From contig NZ_CP026606.1 in the NCBI RefSeq assembly GCF_002945325.1, forward strand, positions 690,001 through 722,000: a stretch of 32,000 bases of DNA, given 5' to 3'. The notes under the pieces are model-generated. The model saw only the letters and a list, made by a program, of their open reading frames with translations, had not been told where the DNA came from and ran no database searches. Of this stretch, positions 8,295 through 14,339 are shown piece after piece. Origin of the DNA: Methanococcus maripaludis (GTDB lineage: Archaea > AGJL01 > Methanococci > Methanococcales > Methanococcaceae). The position numbers and the translations under genes were made by a program. Each line of letters starts with the position of its first letter. The first letter of the stretch is position 1.

Positions 8295-9155
8295 ATGGAA
8301 AACAGTTTATTTCAAAGAACCGAAAAACTAGATATTTCGTGGTGCCCCGGGTGTGGTAACTTTGCAATAAAAGCTTCACTTTCAAATGCCCTGACTGAAT
8401 TAAATTTAAAACCTGAAAATGTTGCAATTATTTCAGGAATTGGACAGGCTGGAAAGATGCCCCACTACATAAAAGTAAATGGATTTCACACGCTTCATGG
8501 AAGGGCGATACCTGCTGCAACTGCCGTAAAAGCTACAAATCCAAATCTTACAGTAATTGCGGAAGGCGGTGATGGTGACATGTATGCGGAAGGCGGAAAT
8601 CACCTCATTCACGCGATAAGGAGGAACCCAAATATCACGGTTCTAATACACAATAACCAGATATATGGCCTTACAAAAGGACAGGCTTCCCCAACAACGC
8701 TGATTTCTACAAAAACACCAACTCAACCTTGGGGAGTATTTGAGGAACCGCTAAATCCAATAGCACTTGCAATATCACTAAATGCATCTTTTGTTGCCCG
8801 TACATTTTCGGGAAACCTTGAAAAAACCAAAGAAATAATAATTAAAGCAATAAATCATAAGGGTTTATCGATAGTAGATATATTCCATCCATGTCCTTCG
8901 TTTAACAAATTAAATACTCTTCAATGGTACAAAGAAAATACTTATTTCTTAGAAGACCACGACGTAACTAATAGAAAAAAAGCATTTGAAAAATCCCTTG
9001 AAACTGAAAAATATCCGCTTGGAATATTTTATACCTGTGAAAAACCAGTATTTGAAGAAGTTGTTCCACCATACATTTCAGAAAAAACCCCAATCTGGAA
9101 AAGAGAACCAAATCTAGAAAAAATTGAAGAAATAATAAATTTAAAAAGAAGCTGA
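8295..9155 (+). CDS. 2-oxoacid:ferredoxin oxidoreductase beta (TPP-binding) subunit
   Basis: WCPGCGNF cluster/TPP motif and GGDGDMYAEGGNH (GDG TPP motif). SD GAGGGAG at 8279-8285. GTG 8286 is an alternative start overlapping the alpha-subunit stop. Confidence 0.85.
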   Translation: MENSLFQRTEKLDISWCPGCGNFAIKASLSNALTELNLKPENVAIISGIGQAGKMPHYIKVNGFHTLHGRAIPAATAVKATNPNLTVIAEGGDGDMYAEGGNHLIHAIRRNPNITVLIHNNQIYGLTKGQASPTTLISTKTPTQPWGVFEEPLNPIALAISLNASFVARTFSGNLEKTKEIIIKAINHKGLSIVDIFHPCPSFNKLNTLQWYKENTYFLEDHDVTNRKKAFEKSLETEKYPLGIFYTCEKPVFEEVVPPYISEKTPIWKREPNLEKIEEIINLKRS

Positions 9156-9201
9156 TAAAACTCAACTATTTAATTAAATATTAAAAAATTTTGTGAAAAT
9201 T

Positions 9202-9960
9202 ATGAGAAACTTGGAAAAAATAAATGAACTTTTAGAAATATTTGGACATTTTGATGTAAATTTTGCTAAATACATGGAAGAAAAAATTGACACACAATAT
9301 TTCGTTCTTGAAAATTTAAAAAACTCCATGAAAAACGATGAAATGTTTATAAAACTCGTAATTTTAAATTCGATTGTAAGCTACCAGTTATGTACTACTG
9401 GAGAGCTCTGGTGGGAAGAATTTTCAAAATACTGGTCAAAACATGATGCAAATAATGAAAATTTAGGGGAAAGTTACGTTAATTTCCTTGAAAATTCGAA
9501 AGGAAATAAGCGACTTTTAAATGTAAAGATAAAAAGAATTGAAAGGATTATTCCGTTTCTTGAAAACCTGAATCTTTTGGATTTTAAGAATTATTATTTA
9601 GATATGGAAAAATTGCTTGAAAATCTTTCAAAATACCTAAATTCTAAAAAAAATTCAAAAACAGTTGTTTTTGCAGTTAAAATGTTTGGATATGCTTCAA
9701 GAATTGTATTTAACGAATTTTTTCCATATCCAATGAATATTGAAATTCCAAAAGATTCAAGAATTGAAAAGTACACGCTTAAATTTACTGATGAAAACCC
9801 GATAAAATTTTGGAATGAAGTTTCTAAAACCGCAAAAATTCCGCCATTACATATAGATTCAATAATATGGCCAGTTCTTGGAAGAAATTTTGATTTTAAG
9901 TCTTGCGAGAATAAACTTGATGAAAATTTTAGATATTTACTTAAATTAACAGAACTATAA
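9202..9960 (+). CDS. archaeal 8-oxoguanine DNA glycosylase / N-glycosylase-DNA lyase (AGOG family)
   Basis: About 250 aa. The block LVILNSIVSYQLCTTGELWWEEFSKYW matches my memory of AGOG-family proteins. The start is ambiguous between GTG 9193 and ATG 9202. Confidence 0.65.
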   Translation: MRNLEKINELLEIFGHFDVNFAKYMEEKIDTQYFVLENLKNSMKNDEMFIKLVILNSIVSYQLCTTGELWWEEFSKYWSKHDANNENLGESYVNFLENSKGNKRLLNVKIKRIERIIPFLENLNLLDFKNYYLDMEKLLENLSKYLNSKKNSKTVVFAVKMFGYASRIVFNEFFPYPMNIEIPKDSRIEKYTLKFTDENPIKFWNEVSKTAKIPPLHIDSIIWPVLGRNFDFKSCENKLDENFRYLLKLTEL

Positions 9961-9973
9961 AATATTCGTAAAA

Positions 9974-9981
9974 TTATATAA
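9974..9981 (+). promoter_or_regulatory. TATA box candidate for the rubredoxin gene
   Basis: TTATATAA lies 44 nt before ATG 10026. This implies a leader of about 20 nt carrying SD GGGAGGT. Confidence 0.4.
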
Positions 9982-10025
9982 ATTATTAATTCCAAATTAA
10001 ACCTATTGAAAGGGAGGTAATCATT

Positions 10026-10163
10026 ATGTCAGTTTGGAAATGCACAATATGCGGATATGTATATGATGAAGAAAAAGAAGGAAAAAAATTCTCAGAATTA
10101 CCTGATGATTGGGCATGCCCAATTTGCGGTGCTAAAAAATCCGCATTCGTTGAACAAAAATAA
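10026..10163 (+). CDS. rubredoxin (45 aa; missed by the ORF track because it is under 60 aa)
   Basis: Hand translation gives [45 protein letters not shown]. It shows the canonical rubredoxin pattern W-x-C-x-x-C-G-Y...P-D-D-W-x-C-P-x-C-G. Strong SD AAGGGAGGT at 10011-10019. Confidence 0.9.
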   Translation: MSVWKCTICGYVYDEEKEGKKFSELPDDWACPICGAKKSAFVEQK

Positions 10164-10183
10164 AAAATAAAAAATAAAAAAAA
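10161..10183 (-). terminator. oligo-T terminator (minus strand) after the acidic-protein gene
   Basis: The plus strand reads T-A6-T-A6-T-A8, so the minus strand reads T8-A-T6-A-T6 directly after the stop at 10184. Confidence 0.45.
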
Positions 10184-10543
10184 TTAAGCTTTATTACTTT
10201 TTTTAACATATTTTATGTATTTTGCAGCATCTTTTATTCGTGCCTGAAGGTGCGGTACATCCATTATTTCAAATTTATTGTACTTATCATGCATGTGAAA
10301 TCTCAATGAAATCATCGACATCGTGTGTGCAATATCCTCATCGTCGAGATTCATCGAAACCACGTCAATCCTGCTTAATAATTCACAGACAAGACTTTTT
10401 GCCAGATCTAAATCTTCATCGTCGAGATTCATTGAATAAATATCTAGTTCGTCCATTATTTCATGAACTGGTTTGTCAGGATTTTCCAGAAGTGATTTTA
10501 CGATATTATTCGAAAGTTCTTTTAATTTAATTTCTTTTTTCAT
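10184..10543 (-). CDS. acidic hypothetical protein with an internal SMNLDDED(L/I) repeat
   Basis: ATG 10543 with GGTG 8 nt upstream. The track start 10555 is a TTG. A 17-nt perfect direct repeat TCATCGTCGAGATTCAT occurs at 10338-10354 and 10416-10432, 78 nt (26 codons) apart. Confidence 0.6.
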   Translation of the reverse strand: MKKEIKLKELSNNIVKSLLENPDKPVHEIMDELDIYSMNLDDEDLDLAKSLVCELLSRIDVVSMNLDDEDIAHTMSMISLRFHMHDKYNKFEIMDVPHLQARIKDAAKYIKYVKKSNKA

Positions 10544-10680
10544 TTTGTACACCAAAACAAGGGAACTTCGGGTTTTTGCAGGTTAATTATTTGGTTATAT
10601 ATTAAAATCCTTTCATCACTTTGAAGTAACAGAATATCAATCTTTGCATTTGAAATCATCCAAATTTCAACAAATAACAT
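10540..10680 (-). CDS. possible upstream small ORF (46 aa from ATG 10680, or 39 aa from ATG 10659) whose stop overlaps the next start (ATGA)
   Basis: Hand translation gives MLFVEIWMISNAKIDILLLQSDERILIYNQIINLQKPEVPLFWCTK. TGA 10542-10540 overlaps ATG 10543-10541. No SD is present. The TATA TTTATATA (minus strand, about 10695-10702) is too close to ATG 10680, so ATG 10659 is the more plausible start if the ORF is real. Confidence 0.22.
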   Translation of the reverse strand: MLFVEIWMISNAKIDILLLQSDERILIYNQIINLQKPEVPLFWCTK

Positions 10681-10741
10681 TATTTAAAAGATACTATATA
10701 AACGTTAAAATAAAAACTAATTGAATAAGTATAAAAAAGAA

Positions 10742-11122
10742 TTATTCTTCGTCGTCAAATTCAATCGTCGCATTTACTATGTTAAATTCTTTCCCGCCTT
10801 TCAATTTAATGTTTCTTGATTCACATTTTGGACATACTACTTCAAGTTCGTCTTTAGTATCTAAATTTCCCTCGAATTCACAGTCATTGCAGAAAATTTT
10901 TGGTTTTACCATTTCTGCTTTTAATTCTGCACCTTTACAGATAGTATCTTCTGAAATAACCTCAAAAACAAACTGTAATTGATCCAGACTTATTAATGTG
11001 AGGTCCCCAATTTCAAGATTTATATCATTTACTTTTATTACTTTTCTACCGAGTTCTTCCTGCTGTTTTACCGCATCAAGAATCGCGTTTAGTACTGACG
11101 TTGCATATGAGAGTTCGTGCAT
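10742..11122 (-). CDS. hypA: hydrogenase nickel-insertion protein HypA
   Basis: MHELS N-terminus (the Ni-binding MHE motif). Zinc ribbon CNDCEF...CPKCES. Size of about 125 aa. Confidence 0.9.
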   Translation of the reverse strand: MHELSYATSVLNAILDAVKQQEELGRKVIKVNDINLEIGDLTLISLDQLQFVFEVISEDTICKGAELKAEMVKPKIFCNDCEFEGNLDTKDELEVVCPKCESRNIKLKGGKEFNIVNATIEFDDEE

Positions 11123-11583
11123 TAAAAAACACCTCTTTTATCAAGCCTTTCCAAAACCCTTTCTTTTACTTTTTCTTCTTTTCCGCTTGGAACAAAAATT
11201 TTGAAATTTACCACGATTCTTACGGTATCGTCCCCATCAAAAAGTTTGCATTCTTCAAGATATGCTTTCTGTTTATCGAATCTTAAATAAAGTTTATTTT
11301 TCTCGATCCTGCTATCAAGTTCCTTTTTTAATCGGTTTACATTTCTTTCGTCGCTTTTTATCAAATCAATAATATAATTAAATACCAATTTTGCTTTTTT
11401 TCCAGAAATTTTAACGGTGTGGATTTCAATAGGATTTCCAAAATTTCCTTCTGTTTCTACAGTCTCGGTTTCTAAATCGTCTTCTTCAATTATTTCAGGT
11501 AAAAAGAAAACTATTGAATCGAGAACTTTTTCTTCGTCTTCGGTTGCGTTTGCAATCGTTGATATTGTGATGTTATTTACCAT
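11122..11583 (-). CDS. conserved archaeal protein, probably the COG1931-type predicted RNA-binding protein
   Basis: About 150 aa and a sequence style matching my memory of this family. The stop overlaps the hypA start by 1 nt (TAATG). Candidate starts are ATG 11583, ATG 11589 and GTG 11595, downstream of or within AAGGTG. Confidence 0.45.
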   Translation of the reverse strand: MVNNITISTIANATEDEEKVLDSIVFFLPEIIEEDDLETETVETEGNFGNPIEIHTVKISGKKAKLVFNYIIDLIKSDERNVNRLKKELDSRIEKNKLYLRFDKQKAYLEECKLFDGDDTVRIVVNFKIFVPSGKEEKVKERVLERLDKRGVF

Positions 11584-11842
11584 TTTCATAAACACCTTTA
11601 TAGGTTAAATCCGGATAAGTCGACAGTTACCATTAATATATAAACGAATTATATTAAAAATATACCGCAGGTGTTAAAATTACCAGAACAGAAATAATTT
11701 AATAAAAAACTAAATATTGCAAAAAATAATCAAAAGACTAGAAATTTAACAGTTTCGCAACTTTAAGAGTTTTTAATAACATTTAATCTAAAAATTTACA
11801 AAATAAAGAATTTATGCGAAAAATACTTTTTTAAAAATTAAT

Positions 11843-12091
11843 TTAATCTTCACTTTTTAACTTTTTAATGTGATACTTACGCCTCCCTCCAAGAATAAGT
11901 GAAATAATTTCATCTTTTCTAAATAGCACCATTATTCCAACTAAAAAAGTGAGTATTGCTCCAAAAAATAGGCCCAAAGTACAGTGCCCTGCCCCAAATA
12001 AACACAAAATCGCCGGAATCGCTATAATAATACATGATATGAAAAGACTATCTAAAAGAATTTTTTTAAATTGTTTTTCATCTTGATTCAT
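11843..12091 (-). CDS. small membrane protein (82 aa, two predicted TM helices)
   Basis: ATG 12091 is preceded by a very strong SD AGGTGGGGGA. The track start 12118 is a TTG. Hydrophobic segments are LFISCIIIAIPAILCLFGA and LGLFFGAILTFLVGIMVLF. Confidence 0.65.
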   Translation of the reverse strand: MNQDEKQFKKILLDSLFISCIIIAIPAILCLFGAGHCTLGLFFGAILTFLVGIMVLFRKDEIISLILGGRRKYHIKKLKSED

Positions 12092-12307
12092 GCTAATCCC
12101 CCACCTAAAAAAATTCAAAATATTTAAATTACACGTAAATCCCCGACATATTAAATTATGTTTTTAATGACTATTTAATTATTATTCTTGGAAATTAAAA
12201 AAAGTTATTATATACTAACCTTTCACGTTAAACACTATTTCATGCGAAAATGCTCCAAAACGTTATATTGAATTAAAATCCATGCTGTCCCAAATATAAC
12301 GTCATAT

Positions 12308-12478
12308 GCCGTTTTGATCGTAAACTATTAGTACTGAGTCAAATAATAGGATAAAACGGAACTTCGGTTCCTATGAGTTGTTATTATGGGGATTTTAACT
12401 AACTCGAGGATAGAATTAAAGGAATAAATAAGTATACAATAGATATACTAGATCCCATATTCCTTATTCAAAACTTTT
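12308..12478 (+). ncRNA. candidate structured RNA / cis element A (paralogue of element B); strand and ends uncertain
   Basis: A GGAAC-UUCG-GUUCC tetraloop hairpin lies at 12358-12371. The GGGGATTTTAAC core is at 12388-12399. Blocks TCGAGGAT (12404-12411) and ACAATAGATA (12436-12445) are shared, in the same order, with element B. A terminal pairing GTTTTGA (12311-12317) / TCAAAAC (12468-12474) is followed by TTTT. Confidence 0.35.
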
Positions 12479-12643
12479 AACTTATTTTTTGTATCAAAAT
12501 ATATTTTTGTTAATAAAAAAATCATTTTTTTAAAAAATTTGGGTAGATTACTACTTTTTAATCAAATTTCAATTATGATCTATTTTAAAATTTATTAAAC
12601 GCAAATAATCTAAAAAAATATTAATAGGCCTGATAAAAAAAGC

Positions 12644-12731
12644 GGTCCTGTTTTAGTGATGATTGGGGATTTAACCGTATCAAGGATTTCATAACAATAG
12701 ATACCTTAATAACTAAAACAGGACCAATTTT
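12644..12731 (+). ncRNA. candidate small RNA gene B: 82-nt hairpin with a perfect 14-bp closing stem
   Basis: GGTCCTGTTTTAGT (12644-12657) pairs perfectly with ACTAAAACAGGACC (12712-12725). The loop starts with GTGATGA followed by GGGGATTTAACC (12665-12676). A TATA-like ATATTAAT at 12618-12625 lies about 20 nt upstream, and AATTTT follows the stem. Confidence 0.4.
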
Positions 12732-13054
12732 AAATAATATTCTATTTTATAAATACATTTCGAAAATCGAAACGATATCTACTGTTAAATGCACAACAGA
12801 ACTATAAAATTGACTACTTTGTGGATAGGGGGCCACAAAATTCATAATACTTTAAAAAAAGTATATACCATATATTAAATTAATTAATGGGTATCCTATA
12901 AATTTTAACTATTATTTCTAAAATAAAATATCAAAAGTACGTGCTGTTTTAAAATACAGGCTTTCAAAAAAGTAAAAATTAATTGTCGTATAAAAATCGA
13001 GTAAAATAAAAACTAAAAAAGTTAATTAAAAGAATTAAAATAAAGGAAAGTTAA

Positions 13055-13639
13055 TTATTTCGTTTTTTTGCCGTTAGCTCTGACACCAGGTCTTGCTTTT
13101 TCAGCACCTTTTCCTTTGTACATTAATCCTCTTCCTTTTTTACCAGCTGAGGTTAAACCTCTGTTTGCTCTTCCTTTGTGGTTTCCGGTGGAGAGCCAGC
13201 TGTAGGATTTGTCGTTTTTGATTGATGGGTGGCATGGATCAACTAAGATTATTTCATACCATTTTTGTTTTCCATCTTGTCCTACCCAGTAGGAGTTTAA
13301 TACTTCCATGTTAGGGTATCTTTTAGCTGCTCTTTCTTCAGCAATTCTTTGAATGGATTTTGCCATTGTAATTTTGTTGATACCTAATGTTGCAGGTTTT
13401 TTGGAGTGTTTTGGTCTTGGTTTTCTTAAACCTCCTCTTCTAACACTAACTCTTACAACAACAATTCCTTGTTTTGCTTTGTATCCTAAGTTTCTAGCCC
13501 TATCAATTCTTGTAGGTCTTTCAATTCTTAATACTGAAGGTTCTTTTCTCCAGTCTTGCATTCTTGACCATTGTAACTCTTTAACGTATGAGTTAGCAGG
13601 TACTTTCCATGCTTCTTTCACGTAGTTGTACATACTCAT
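13055..13639 (-). CDS. rpl15e: 50S ribosomal protein L15e
   Basis: [12 protein letters not shown]...[31 protein letters not shown] is characteristic of L15e. 194 aa and very basic. Confidence 0.95.
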   Translation of the reverse strand: MSMYNYVKEAWKVPANSYVKELQWSRMQDWRKEPSVLRIERPTRIDRARNLGYKAKQGIVVVRVSVRRGGLRKPRPKHSKKPATLGINKITMAKSIQRIAEERAAKRYPNMEVLNSYWVGQDGKQKWYEIILVDPCHPSIKNDKSYSWLSTGNHKGRANRGLTSAGKKGRGLMYKGKGAEKARPGVRANGKKTK

Positions 13640-13759
13640 AGTATCACTTGTTTCGTCGATTCTGTTTATGGGTTCAGCTTAATGCTACATGCCCTACGGG
13701 AATTCACCCGTCACTAAACTACTAGTATAACCTAGTCTTAACATCATGTATCGTGACAA
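13640..13759 (-). promoter_or_regulatory. long, GC-enriched 5' leader of rpl15e with local hairpins
   Basis: Consensus TATA boxes lie 100-140 nt upstream of the ATG. On the minus strand the leader contains ACGGG-TGAATT-CCCGT and ACTAG-GTTATA-CTAGT hairpins. It is visibly more GC-rich than neighbouring spacers. Confidence 0.4.
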
Positions 13760-13780
13760 CTATATTAATTTAACGGCAAG

Positions 13781-13788
13781 TATATAAA
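13781..13788. promoter_or_regulatory. shared/bidirectional TATA box between rpl15e (-) and aIF2-beta (+)
   Basis: Reads TATATAAA on plus and TTTATATA (archaeal consensus) on minus. It lies 78 nt before ATG 13866 and 142 nt before ATG 13639. Confidence 0.45.
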
Positions 13789-13865
13789 CAATGGACTAGA
13801 AAACAAGTTTAGAACTTGTACACTTTTTTACAACTATTAGTTTCTAATTTAAATTTGGTGAAAAC

Positions 13866-14282
13866 ATGGTCGACTACTTCGATTACAGCAGTTTATTGAC
13901 AAGAGCGCGAGAACAACTTCCAGAAGAAGTTTTCAAAGACGTAAGGTTTGAAATTCCATCCGCAGACAGTTTTGTAGAAGGAAACAGGACAATCATTAAA
14001 AACTTCAAAGATATTGCAAAATTCATGGAAAGAGATCCACAAGAATTTGCAAAATACGTAATGAAAGAACTCGGTACCGCAGGAGACATGGAAGGTGTTA
14101 GATTAATCTTGCAGGGTAAATTTGGATGGAGAATGGTAAATGAAAAAATCCAAAACTACGTAAACGAATACGTACTCTGTCCAGAATGTGGAAAACCGGA
14201 CACAAAAATCGTAAAAGAAGGAAGAATACACTTCTTGAAATGTACCGCTTGTGGTGCAATGAAACCAGTTAAGACTTTATAA
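13866..14282 (+). CDS. eif2b: translation initiation factor aIF2 beta subunit
   Basis: 138 aa with the C-terminal zinc ribbon CPECGKPDT...CTACGA. SD GGTGA at 13857-13861. Confidence 0.92.
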   Translation: MVDYFDYSSLLTRAREQLPEEVFKDVRFEIPSADSFVEGNRTIIKNFKDIAKFMERDPQEFAKYVMKELGTAGDMEGVRLILQGKFGWRMVNEKIQNYVNEYVLCPECGKPDTKIVKEGRIHFLKCTACGAMKPVKTL

Positions 14283-14339
14283 GTACTCTTTTTCTTCTTT
14301 TTTTACTTAATTAATAAATTTTACATTTTTGGTGATATT

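Noticed and set aside
12137-12676. Degenerate CRISPR array. The reverse complement of GGGGATTTTAAC reads GTTAAAATCCCC, which resembles the GTTAAAATC opening I recall for some Methanococcales CRISPR repeats.
   Set aside because: There are only 2-3 copies, the spacing is irregular (about 250-280 bp), the copies differ in orientation, no full-length repeat of about 30-37 nt is conserved, and there are no cas genes in the window.
12644-12725. MITE or other mobile element bounded by 14-bp terminal inverted repeats.
   Set aside because: There is no target-site duplication flanking the arms, no further full copies in the window and no transposase. The homologous element A lacks the same termini.
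12119-13054. Replication origin: an AT-rich (about 15% GC) core of 166 bp flanked by repeated G-run motifs.
   Set aside because: There is no orc1/cdc6 or other replication gene adjacent. The repeats flanking the AT-rich core (A and B) are direct rather than inverted, and they do not resemble the ORB or mini-ORB consensus I know. It cannot be excluded without marker-frequency or replication-initiation data, but the sequence alone does not support it.
13640-13760. C/D-box sRNA in the rpl15e leader (ATGATGT ... CTGA on the minus strand). The same idea was considered for GTGATGA in element B.
   Set aside because: The leader C box is imperfect, and no D' or C' boxes occur at the required spacing of about 12 nt. 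The C-to-D distance of about 75 nt is too long. Element B has no CTGA at all.
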